Assembly: GCF_001194135.2 (NCBI RefSeq)
Contig: NC_068985.1
Coordinates: forward strand, 95,726,246 to 95,766,537
Length of the DNA stretch: 40,292 nt
Direction of reading: 5' to 3'
Origin: Octopus bimaculoides
Taxonomy: Eukaryota
The first letter of the stretch is position 1, and each line of letters begins with the position of its first letter. The translations under genes were made by a program, and so were the position numbers. Under the pieces are notes generated by a model that had not been told where the DNA came from, ran no database searches, and was given only the letters and a program-made list of their open reading frames with translations. Shown piece by piece: positions 10,511 through 21,988 of the stretch.

Positions 10511-11222
10511 TGCTTTTGTTGTAAAATTTTCTTTTCTACTCTAGGCACAAGGCCCGAAATTTTTGATGGGNNNNNNNNNNNNNNNNNNNNNNNNNNNNNN
10601 NNNNNNNNNNNNNNNNNNNNNNNNNNNNNNNNNNNNNNNNNNNNNNNNNNNNNNNNNNNNNNNNNNNNNNNNNNNNNNNNNNNNNNNNNNNNNNNNNNNN
10701 NNNNNNNNNNNNNNNNNNNNNNNNNNNNNNNNNNNNNNNNNNNNNNNNNNNNNNNNNNNNNNNNNNNNNNNNNNNNNNNNNNNNNNNNNNNNNNNNNNNN
10801 NNNNNNNNNNNNNNNNNNNNNNNNNNNNNNNNNNNNNNNNNNNNNNNNNNNNNNNNNNNNNNNNNNNNNNNNNNNNNNNNNNNNNNNNNNNNNNNNNNNN
10901 NNNNNNNNNNNNNNNNNNNNNNNNNNNNNNNNNNNNNNNNNNNNNNNNNNNNNNNNNNNNNNNNNNNNNNNNNNNNNNNNNNNNNNNNNNNNNNNNNNNN
11001 NNNNNNNNNNNNNNNNNNNNNNNNNNNNNNNNNNNNNNNNNNNNNNNNNNNNNNNNNNNNNNNNNNNNNNNNNNNNNNNNNNNNNNNNATATTTACACTC
11101 ATGTTCTGAGTTTTATTTTACTGGTTTGCATCACCAAAGCTGTATATCAATGCCTGAAACTCTTGGCCGTTGAGTCATTTCTGTTGCTTCTGCTAAATAT
11201 TAATAGAAATACATACATATAA

Positions 11223-11454
11223 GGCGGTGAGCTGGCAGAAACGTTAGCACGCCGGGCGAAATGCTTAGCGGTATCTCGTCTGCCGTTATGTTCTGAGTTC
11301 AAATTCCGCCGAGGTCGACTTTGCCTTTCGGGGTCGATAAATTTTAAGTACCAGTTACGCACTGGGGTCGATGTAATCGACTTAATCCCTTTGTCTGTCC
11401 TTGTTTGTCCCCTCTATGTTTAATCCCTTGTGGGCAATAAAGAAATAAGAAATA
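11223..11454 (+). mobile_element. SINE family A, near-consensus copy
   Basis: Complete head, core and tail, with CpGs retained. Confidence 0.9.
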
Positions 11455-11611
11455 CATATATGTATACAGATATACATACACACACACACACGCACATATA
11501 TATGTATATATAGTACAAATAATATGTGAGTATATGCATATATACGTACATGTATGTACATACCTACATCTATATGTATATATAGATGCATATCTGGGTA
11601 CAGGACATATA

Positions 11612-12011
11612 TCGTGGTTGTGTGGTAAGGAGCTTGCTTCCCAACCACATTGTTCCAAGTTCAGTCCCCACTGCATGGCACCTTTGCCATGTGTCTTCTA
11701 CTACAGCCTCAGGCCGACCAAAGCCTTGTGAGTAGATCTGGTAGACAAAAACTGAAAGAAGCCCGTCGTATATATATATATGTCATATATATATATATTT
11801 TAATGTGTGTGTGTGTGTGTGTGTCTGTTTGTTCCCCCGCCATCGCTTGACAACCGATGCTGGTGTGTTTACGCCCCTGAAACTTAGTTTGGCAAAAGAG
11901 ATCAATAGAATGAGTACTAGGCTTATAAAGAATAAGTCCTGGGGTCGATTTCTTCGACTAAAAGCAGTGCTCCAGCATGGCCACAGTCAAATGACTGAAA
12001 CAAGTAAAAGA
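11612..12011 (+). mobile_element. SINE family B + microsatellite + family C composite
   Basis: Family B at 11612-11770, a (TA)(TG)n spacer, then family C at 11815-12011. Confidence 0.85.
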
Positions 12012-12765
12012 ATATATATATGTATACACACACACACACACACACATACACACATGCACACACACATGCACACACACATGCACACACACAGAGAAAGTGC
12101 TTGTATAAACAAAACATGCACCCGCAATTGTATACATCCCTCATTTCCCAGATGTTGTGTCACTGACCCTTTTACACTCCGCCCCTCCCCCTTATTTTGT
12201 CTTGTGACTAAATGTCTTATTTCCTTCCGCTTAATATCTCGCATCAGATCATCAGACATCTAAGTTCCTTTCTTTCCTCCTGGGTTTTTTCCAACGCCCC
12301 CATCTTACATATAGTCCACTTCCCTATCAACCTACACATACAACCACACACACACACAGATACGACCACAGACACACATAAAAAGTTAGACACATCTGTC
12401 AGTAAGGGACAGTATGAATGCATATACACACACATACACATAAATTTTAACGCACAAGCATATATGCATACACATTTACATGCATATAAGCACATATATA
12501 TAAAGATATAGAGAGAAAAACAGTTAATGAAACCTAATTCTATGCATATTGAATGGCCGTTGCTTTTAAATAAATCAAAGGCACGATGTAAGGCGAGCAA
12601 GATGAATGAAGTTTATCTTAAGGTCATCGTGGTTAATACAAAACCAGTTTCACGTTTAATGTACAAACTAAATAAGTTAATTTTTTAAATTAATTTAATT
12701 TAAATAAGTACATACTATGATCTTCAGTTCTATAGTCCATATTTTGTGGAAAAATATGCTTAACT

Positions 12766-12999
12766 TTAACTTTTTCGTTACCAACCCAGCTGAAACCAGC
12801 TCTGGCTCTGTAATACAAATGTCTTGTTTTCATAAGTTTTGAATTAAAATCTTCCACCAAACCTTACCTTAGTCACAATTTATGTTCCTAACACTAGTTT
12901 AATGATAACTAAGTTATTTTACTAAATTCTTCGTTATATTTAAAGTAATTGAAAGAAACACAGAGCATCTCGAAACAAAAACAGTAACGAAAGGGTTAA
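12766..12999 (+). mobile_element. piggyBac-like MITE (same family as 9491-9720)
   Basis: TTAACTTTTTCGTTACC...GTAACGAAAGGGTTAA, with high internal similarity to the 9491-9720 copy. Confidence 0.85.
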
Positions 13000-13564
13000 G
13001 ATATATTTACCTTCATTTATCCAGATCAATTCGTAATTCAAGGTTTACAATATTTTAAAATAGTAAAGGAGAGAGAAGTTATGCTTCTTCGTTCATATTC
13101 GAACACGCTTCTTAGGAGCGTGTTAGAATATGAATGACTTCTCTCTTTTACATATAAGCACATATACTTATTGTCAGATACATACAGACACATATACACA
13201 TATACACACACACATACAACCATTCATGCACATATCAGCATGAGACAATACACACACACAGTTTTACATGCACATGCATGCATGCGCACACACAGAGCTT
13301 AGGTGCGTTATGAAATCACACATAAACACAGTCACCCACTCACATACATATATATCAGTACGGTATGCAATAGGAACAAAATCACATATACATACATAAT
13401 GACAGACTGGGTCTGAAAATATTGGTTGCCAGGAGACTAAGGGGTCCCACTCACAACTACAAGGGGGCCCACCCACAACTATAACGCTATCATTTAATCT
13501 TTTTTTTCTTTTGTTAAAAGTATTCTTTCCAACTGTCTACAAACACAGCCAGGCTGTATGTCTC

Positions 13565-13964
13565 TTAACCTTTTAGCATTTAAACTAGCTACATCCAACC
13601 ACTAGCGTAGCTAGAGTGTGTGCCACTCGGGTCGGCCCTTCCGTCTGCCGCCCCCCAGACCCCCACAAAAAACACATATTGCCTACAGCAGGCCCAAAAG
13701 TGCCGCCTCTTAAAAACTGCCGCCCGGTTCGGACCGCCCTACCAACAACACCCCCCACCTACGCTAGGGCATCCAACCCAAATATTCTCCCAGTTTTGTT
13801 CAAAATGTCGAGATCTGGCCTCTTACACCTATCCTACGTCATTCTAAAAATAAACAATCACATCATTTAAACCTCAAAGCTACAAGATAGTTTAATTTCT
13901 TGATTTAAAACAATATGAATAAGTATTAAAGTTGACGGAATAATCTTGAATGCTAAAGGATTAA
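13565..13964. mobile_element. second piggyBac-like MITE, interrupted by a hAT-like MITE
   Basis: Termini TTAACCTTTTAGCATT and AATGCTAAAGGATTAA. Confidence 0.75.
13600..13769 (+). mobile_element. hAT-like MITE with a perfect 8-bp TSD
   Basis: Ends CACTAGCGTAG and CTACGCTAGGG, with CATCCAAC at both 13592-13599 and 13770-13777. A 5'-half copy lies at 17592-17700. Confidence 0.85.
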
Positions 13965-14089
13965 ACAGCACTAAATTGCAGAGCTGCTGAAGCTTTGGAT
14001 AAAGTTCTTTGTGAATCAAGAATAGTGGATTAATAGAACTGTAAGAACGTCAGACCAAATGGCTTAATAGTATTTGTTCTGGTACTTTA

Positions 14090-14370
14090 AGCGGAGGTAA
14101 AGAATACGCACGCCACCCGTTTTTGGCGTAACCTTAACTCTAACCCTAAACCCTTACCCGGTGGAGGTAAAGAATACGCACACCACCCGTTTTCGGCGTA
14201 ACCATAATTCTAACCCTAAGCCCTAACCTAAACCCTAACCCTAAACCCTAACCCGGCGGAGGTAAAGAATACGGACACCACCCGTTTTCGGCGTAACAAA
14301 ACCCTAACCCTAAACCCTAATTCTAAACCCTAACCCTAAACACCGGGTGTGCGTATTCTTTACCTTCGCC
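14090..14370. mobile_element. TIR element with triplicated left end and CCCTAA-like cores (MULE-like)
   Basis: GCGGAGGTAAAGAATACGCAC units start at 14091, 14161 and 14256, with an inverted copy at 14344-14370. Flanks GGTACTTTA and GATATTTTA match at 7 of 9 positions. The element splits a degenerate family A SINE. Confidence 0.75.
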
Positions 14371-15716
14371 GATATTTTATGTTCCGGGTTCAAATCAGAC
14401 TGTGGTCTACGTGGGTGATAGATTCAATCCAACTACCTTGCACCTTGGGTACTTATGGGAGTCTACTACTCTATTGTAAGTATTTGGCCCATCTCTGGTT
14501 AATGAATAACTATCCCCACCCCATCCATCTAGTTTGAGGCCGTGTAAAGAGATTCTGGGTATGTTACTGTCTTCTGTCTTGACTAAAAGATTTAAAAAAT
14601 GTCGTGTCTACTAGAACTGAGTTCGAGATATCCACACTTCTTAAATAAACATCTTTCTCTCCCTTCTCCATCTCTCCCTCTCTCTTTTTCTTCTCTGAAC
14701 CAATAGAGAAACCTCTATGCGGTAGCTCAACCTACTGGATATAGTAGCCAAATTTCCTCCTTATTACGATCTGTTGTCTTAAGAATAGAAAGTACACGTT
14801 TGATAACGTAGTATTACTTATATTGAATTCGAAAAGAGAGACAGAGACAAAAACTGGGAAGGAAAGAGAGACGGTACTTGTCATAGCTGGAGAGCTTTTA
14901 ATCAGGTCTGCCATGATGGAAATTTGGTTGCTATTTCTAGCAGATAAAATGAGCATATAACAGTTCCCACACACACACACACACTTCGTTGGTTCGAGAA
15001 ACTTCTCTCAATTCAATAACAGCATGTGATGTTATAATATTTCACGTATATCGGGAATAACTGTATGAGATAACAGAGCATATGATATCGTTCTACACAC
15101 ACGCACATGCAGGTGGAACTACTGTAATATCATCGCTAACAGAACGAACGAACATGTAGTATTGCTGTAATACAATCGCATATATATGAATGATAACTAA
15201 ACTACATTGATAACGGAGCATAATATAATGTTTTACACACACGAGAAAATATCGTTGTATTTATCAGTTACAGAATAAAAGATTGTGCTGGGGTATGAGA
15301 TGAGATACAGGAAGGACCGACAATATGAACCGGATCCTTTTTAAGCCCGCCTAAACTGGTCCAGTGGGTTGACGTTCAATTTGAACTCTTGCAAGTCGTT
15401 GTTAACAAGGGAGCCTTAAACATCAAACAAGGGCATTCGTTTCCGAAAAAGGGCCGCATGAGACATGATTAATCATCAGAATAGAGGGCACACAACTAAA
15501 AATATATTCAGGGTAATTTTTTGTTGGCGTGCCATTCAGAAAGTCTCGCGGGTCACAGTTTGTTCATGACTGCTCTGCATGATCTTGCGACGTGCTAGAA
15601 ATAACAGCCAAATCGCCATCAAAGAAGACCCTACCGTCTTAAAAATAGACGATATAGACAATGTAATATCACACACACATACACACACACACTCATACTT
15701 TCTCTATCCGTCTCTC

Positions 15717-15788
<72 letters not shown>

Positions 15789-16430
15789 GCACACACACAT
15801 ACACTCTCTCACATTCAAACACACACTACACACGCATACAGAAAAGGAGAGAGTGGTCAAGTCTGAAATGCATTTAATTCGAAGGTGTATTCAATCAATT
15901 CTGACTGAGGGTTAAACAACAACGAAATGTAGTTACTCGTCCTGCTAGAATTAGCAGAAAATTATCACAGCCACCACCAGTAACCACTGTCTTAAAAAAA
16001 AAAAGACACTGAATAATGCAATCGTAAATACATTATGTCTTGAGAAAAAAAGAAAGAAAAACCCAAATGAGAAGAATGGCAGAAACGCTTTGAATATACG
16101 ACTTCTCATTAACAACGTGTCCAGGAGTAGGGCAATAGGTTGGGTCACTTGACCTGCAGAAATAGCAGTCAAATCGTTTTACTGATTTTTAAAGGAAGAA
16201 TTGGCTGGATAATGTAGTGTAGAATATACAAGAAATGTGATAGAAGAGAAAGAAGAAAATACCCCTAAATCCGGATGCAGATGTAACTACTGGTATATTT
16301 TACGATTCCTTGAAGAGTTGTAGCTTGGTCTCACAAATCGGCGTTATATGACGAAGCATTTTCTGCTTTTTTTCCGTCTCCAATTCAAAAATCACCGCAG
16401 TGTCGTCCTTCTTATGGTCAATGCAGATGG

Positions 16431-16663
16431 GGTGGCGAAGCCTCCTATACTCTTTCGCCCAACTTTCTCTCACTCTTTCTTCCTGTTTCTGTTGTACCTG
16501 TATTTCAAAAAGGGCCAACTTTGTCGCATTCTGTGTCACGCTGTTAAGGGTACACGTGTCTGGGGAGTGCTCAGCCACTTGCACGTTAATTTCACGAGCA
16601 GGCTGTTTCGTTGATCGGATCAACAGGAACCCTCGTCGTCGTAAGCGACGGAGTGCCAACAAC
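16431..16663 (+). mobile_element. SINE sharing the family D body with a different 3' tail
   Basis: Body ACTCTTTC..CAACTTTCTCTCACTCTTTCTTCCTGTTTCT as in 7200-7270, then a tail ending GTTGATCGGATCAAC.GGAACCCTCGTCGTCG. A reverse copy lies at 31382-31616. Confidence 0.8.
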
Positions 16664-16670
16664 ATTAGCA

Positions 16671-16961
16671 CAGTGGTTCCCAAACTCCTTTCCGGCTGCC
16701 GCCCCTCGACACCCGACCACATTCCAGGGGCCCCCACCCCAACTAACTATCACAAGCATAGACCTCTTTCTGAAGCAAATTCAAAGCAACTGTATTTCAC
16801 AAATGAAACTTAACCTAATGAACCCATTATTTTGTTGTTTTCACATGAATCGCTACCCCATTATCACCCCAATTTTTACATGAATCGCTACCCCCAATTA
16901 TCACCCCACTTTTCTTCAATGCCCCCTTGGAACTTTCCACCGCCCACTTTGGGAACCACTT
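16671..16961 (+). mobile_element. hAT-like MITE (CAGTGGTTCCCAAAC TIR)
   Basis: TIRs CAGTGGTTCCCAAAC and TTTGGGAACCACT. Homologous copies lie at 32072-32358 and 32680-32958. Confidence 0.8.
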
Positions 16962-17019
16962 AGCACACCTAAGAGAACAACCAGTCGTCACTCGAGAGCG
17001 AGTACGATTCGCTAAGAAT

Positions 17020-17105
17020 TACAGGGTGTTCAAAAAGTCCTTCCGCAGTTAATGTTTCGGTGAACATTATTTCGAAAGGCCTTTGGCCACCAAGATCACC
17101 TGATT
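17020..17105 (+). mobile_element. internally deleted Tc1/mariner-family remnant
   Basis: Starts TACAGGGTGTTCAAAAAG (TA plus TIR) and encodes IISKGLWPPRSPD, the conserved WPP.SPDL transposase motif (W codon 17084-17086). Truncated by a family B SINE at about 17106. Confidence 0.75.
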
Positions 17106-17250
17106 TCTTTCAGTTTCCGTCTACCAAATCTACTCACAAGGCTTTGGTCGGCCCGAGGCTATAGTTGAAGACACTTGCCCAAGGTGCCACGCAGTGGGAT
17201 TGAACCCGGAACGATGTGGTTCGTAAGCAAGCGACTAACCACACACCCAC
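17105..17250 (-). mobile_element. SINE family B, near-consensus copy
   Basis: Reverse complement of the family B consensus, with CpGs retained. Confidence 0.85.
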
Positions 17251-17286
17251 ATATAAATTAGAAAAATAAAAATTTTAAAAATGCAG

Positions 17287-17373
17287 TACAGTACTGTTTC
17301 TACTTCGCGGATTTTCACCTATCGCGGGGGGTGAGGGAACGTAACACCCGCGATAGTCGAGGGATTATTGTAC
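17287..17373. mobile_element. Tigger/pogo-type mini-MITE
   Basis: TACAGTA...CGAGGGATTATTGTA termini and the internal GAACGTAAC.CCCGCGA motif typical of Tigger-derived MITE ends. Confidence 0.55.
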
Positions 17374-17382
17374 TTTAATCAA

Positions 17383-17584
17383 GGCGACGAGCTGGCAGAA
17401 TCATTAACGTGCCGGGCAATTTACATCCTGAGTTCAAATTCCGCCGAGGTCGATTTTGCTATTCATCCTTTCGGGGGTCGATAAAATAAGTACCAGTTGA
17501 ACACTGGAGTCTCGATATAACCAACTTACTTCCTCACCCCCCCCCCCTATGAAATTGCTGGCCTTGTGCCAAAATTAGAAACCA
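17383..17584 (+). mobile_element. SINE family A (tail type 2)
   Basis: Family A head and core, followed by the GAAATTGCTGGCCTTGTGCC tail. Confidence 0.8.
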
Positions 17585-18102
17585 AACCATGCACTAGCGT
17601 AGCAAGAGTATGTGCCGCCCGGGGCGGCCCTTCCGTTTGCTGCCCCTGGATCCCACAAAAAAACATATTGCCTACAGCAGACCTAAAAGTACCGCCCCAC
17701 CCCCATTCCCAGCAATGCTGGTGAATACATGTGTTGTGGTTGCTCGATCTGCAGCAAATAGTAGCCAGCATCGTTAATGTCTGGTATTGAGTAGTCTTAT
17801 AATTCACACTGAACGGCGTGTGGTACATATGTGTATACACACGCACTGGGGCAGTCTCAAGGGATGGGGAGGGGAGGCTGAAGTGCACATGCCCCCCCCC
17901 ATCTCAAGAAAAGAAGTGCGCCCTTCTAAATGATGTTATTACGCCCTTTTCTCCTGGAATTGTATTCCCTTCTGACCTTGTGCCCTCTCTTCGAAAAATT
18001 CCTGGGACCGCGCCTGACACATATAGAGAGGGAGAGACAGACAAGTACACAGAGAAAGGGAGAGATACGGTCAGAGAAAGATTGAGAGAGAGAGGGTGTA
18101 TC

Positions 18103-18136
<34 letters not shown>

Positions 18137-19549
18137 TGTGTGTGTACCCTTTTGCGTTAAATGTACCAATGTGTATGGCAGGGGTGTATATTCCGAGCGT
18201 GCGCTGCACACCCATCGAAAATGGCAAATTCATTAGAAATATCAATCTTGCTCATTAATTTAATCACAAATCTTAACAGATAATTTTTTGTATATCCCTG
18301 CTTGAAATTTGGTGACAGTGGGTATGGCAGCACACCCACTACAACAACCACCACCACACGCCCCTGCAACTGTATGGATACTCAACCACCTAACATTATT
18401 CGTCAGTGACTTAATAATCCGATGATTGAGGAAATGGATACCAACGAAAGTAAAATGGAAACGGGCGAAGTTTCTACGTTCTATTTATACACCACGTGTC
18501 TGTGTATACTATTATTGTATCACTGTCTAACAAAGAAACACTGTGTGTGAGTGTACATATATATATATATATATATATTATAAATATAGCTGATGTGATT
18601 TGTTGAATGTATGAAAGTATGGTTGAATCGCAGTGACAGAAAATAAGTTTACTTTCGTTAATGGTAGTGCACATAGGACTTACATTGTACAACGGATATG
18701 TAGGATTAATTGTGTGAACGTGTATTTATACGTTTGATCATGTGTGAGGGCTTGTCGCCTGTAAATATTATTACGCTTATGTGTCCCCGTACAAGAGAAC
18801 GTACATGTCGCTCTATCCGTCCGTGTATATGTATCGGTACGTCTGTGTCCCTCTCTCAAACTTTTCCTGTTTCTTTATTGTACGCTTTATGTTATTGAAT
18901 AGGTTATCTCATACAGTTCCTTCTCTGCAGCGCTGCATCAACTGTTGTTAGAATAATAGTAAGATTGAGGATTCCGTCAAAATCTGAATTAAACTGAGTG
19001 GCGGCCGACAGAGCCCTATTCGAGATGTGATTATAACTAGAGTTCCACAATGCATGCAAAAATAGACAATTGATTACGCTTAGTAGCTATGCAAAGAACA
19101 TTAAAGTGATAGAAGTCATGTCAAATTGTATCTATTTGCTTAAACAAGACTTGGACACCTATATACGACTAGACGAAATATAATAACGTCATTTAAGGTC
19201 TCAAGATCCTTAGCTCCCTCTTATGCAAAGAGAATCCCCTAACGACATATTCTACCATGTCCTAAAACAGGGGATTCAATATTCAGCGTCTGTTCATGAA
19301 CTGAACCAGCAATGTCTGCTTTTGCATGTTTCCCAAAAGATATTCACAAATTCATAACTTCCTGAAATCTCAATGAGTGAGTGCTGAACCATTTACTATG
19401 AGAGACTGGACAGGGTTACTGAAATTGGGAATTCCTTATTTTGAGTAGGCTGAAGTTCTAATCACATCTTCGGTCTCCTGGCAGCCCAGTTTTACATACC
19501 AAGTAGAAAGATTGCAGGTAAGCTTTCACCTCGCTCTAAAAATAATGAC

Positions 19550-19960
19550 GGTTTCAATTTTGGCATTTGGCCAGGAATATTAGAAAAAAGAAGTTAATTA
19601 ACATCATTGCCCAATTAGTATTTATTTTATCGACCCTGAAAGACAAAAGCAAAGCTGATCTCTTCGCCATTTGAATTGAGAACGTAAAGAGTCGAAAGAA
19701 ATTCTATTAGACATTTTCCCAACGCTATAACGATTCTACACGCGCGCTGCATTTAATAGTATTTTCTAATGTAGACACAAGCCCAGGCATTTTTTTTTAG
19801 TGGGGGGGGGAAGAGTTAGTCGATACCATGTCGACCCCGAAAGGATAAAAGGCAACGTTAACATTAGCAGAACTTGAACTAAGAACGCAAAGAACCAGAA
19901 GGAATACTGCAAGACATTTTGTTCCATACTCTAACGATTCTTCCAATCCACCATAAGTGA
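19550..19960 (-). mobile_element. cluster of old family A SINE fragments
   Basis: Degenerate TCGACCC.GAAAG.AT.AAAGGCAA..GAACT.AGAACG blocks. Confidence 0.6.
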
Positions 19961-20646
19961 AAACCGGCGACCTTAACTACTGGAAATGCATTTGCACAAT
20001 ATATCTCTACTCTTTAGAAGGACCGTGGGGATGAAACACTATCATATATGCGTGTGGAAGCTTCTAGAAAATCTAATTCTGAAGTTTTTGTTATTCAAAA
20101 GGAAAGAGAACACGAGGAATCTGTAGTACGCTCAGATCCCACTAGTAACCCCGTCAAAATCTTCAATCAGAAACCTATAAGAGTAACAATTTGAAATTTA
20201 AAGTTCTGAAACAGTATACTTTCTGGCCGAATACTCATGATATGTATCCAATTTTCTCTAAGACTTTTAAAAGGTATCTGAAACGCGTTTCTTTTTAACG
20301 GACCAGACCAGGTATCTGCAATACTACAACGCAGAGTAGTAACCATCAATTCGTTAAACCACAATTTGGAGGTGCTACGTACACTGAAAAACCCAAAAAA
20401 ATATTCGACATCGCCTCGCGAGATACAAATGCGACGAGGAGCAAAGCAAGTGATAGAAAGAGCAGCAGCGGATGCGTACCACCTTGACGCGAGCCGCTAA
20501 TAATACGACATTCCACCTCGATAATACTGCAAGATAACCAACCACAGCAAAACAAATAACAAGGTAATGCAACATAGAGATCTCTGATAAGTTTGTGAGA
20601 GAAAAAGGGCTGGCAAAATTTCGGTTACTTATACAGAAATACTTAC

Positions 20647-20676
20647 ATTAGCATCTTGCTTGGAGACCCTGCACAC
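20647..20676 (-). other. candidate 30-nt microexon
   Basis: Minus strand reads GTTTTACCTGCAG| 30 nt |GTAAGTA. Frame-preserving (VCRVSKQDAN in phase 0). Unverified. Confidence 0.25.
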
Positions 20677-20984
20677 CTGCAGGTAAAACTCGGAATAGCA
20701 AAAGATTGACTGACTCGACCCAAATAAAACTATACACTCACTCATATACACACACTCACACACACACATATATACACAGATATATTCGCATATATGTATA
20801 TACACTCATATATATATACATGTGTGTATACAACTGTGTATGTGTGCTTGTATTTGTGCATGTGTGTGTCCGTATCAGTATTAGTGCGTAGATATGCCGA
20901 TATCACACGTGAAAAGTAGATAATATATAAAAACTGAATGTAAGACGAATAAAGAATTTTTCGACTACGAATATAGAAACCAGC

Positions 20985-21125
20985 ACCATCACCAATGCCA
21001 TCACGATCGCAACCATCAGTAGCAGCAATACCAACATCATCATTATTATCTTCATTATCGTTATAATAATCACCATCACAATTATAATCGCAAACACCAC
21101 CACTCTTATAACCACCATCGTATGC
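20985..21125. repeat. degenerate (CAT/CAC/AAT)n trinucleotide repeat
   Basis: Low-complexity sequence. Similar tracts lie at 4495-4620, 8420-8500, 25490-25810 and 34575-34860. Confidence 0.85.
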
Positions 21126-21444
21126 AACACCGGATAAAGTGAATTATTAATAGCAGTCACACACACAGACAGACATGTACACACTGAGGTATCGATAAAT
21201 AGGGGTACTTGTCTATATTACGTATCTGTTAGTATGTATAGTTGTATAAAATGAATTACATATATGTATGTATGTATGTATGTATGTACTGAATTTTGTA
21301 TTGCGTATCGAATGATACCTGAACAGCTACCTGAGATACTGGCACCCTTCGTACGCATGAAAATGAAGAACTCAATCATTGCCGACAGATCTACTACTCG
21401 GATACGAGTTAATGCTGACGATAACGAATGATATATACATACAT

Positions 21445-21485
<41 letters not shown>

Positions 21486-21988
21486 CGGTCATAATGTCTT
21501 ACGTTTAAGATGATTGCCATGCTTTNNNNNNNNNNNNNNNNNNNNNNNNNNNNNNNNNNNNNNNNNNNNNNNNNNNNNNNNNNNNNNNNNNNNNNNNNNN
21601 NNNNNNNNNNNNNNNNNNNNNNNNNNNNNNNNNNNNNNNNNNNNNNNNNNNNNNNNNNNNNNNNNNNNNNNNNNNNNNNNNNNNNNNNNNNNNNNNNNNN
21701 NNNNNNNNNNNNNNNNNNNNNNNNNNNNNNNNNNNNNNNNNNNNNNNNNNNNNNNNNNNNNNNNNNNNNNNNNNNNNNNNNNNNNNNNNNNNNNNNNNNN
21801 NATATATATATATATATATATATATTAATTTATGTATATATTTAATATTATCTTGGTTGAAAAACTTCGATAATGCAAATATGTTAATAGTTACCAGGGT
21901 AGCAAAAATCACAGAAAAACTGGGATATTATACCCGGTTAATGGGTAGAAATTCCATGTTAAAGTGATGTATTTTGAGTTGATATAAA

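Noticed and set aside
14130-14340. True telomere or chromosome-fusion site
   Set aside because: The CCCTAA tracts are short, degenerate and enclosed within TIRs.
14091-14370. CRISPR-like repeat-spacer pattern
   Set aside because: The spacers are related CCCTAA tracts rather than unique sequences, the context is eukaryotic with no cas genes, and a TIR element explains it better.
15329-15470. Short protein-like frames here and at 7880-7990, 25040-25100 and 28365-28525
   Set aside because: Frames of 20-55 codons are frequent by chance, and their number shows the background rate for such candidates.
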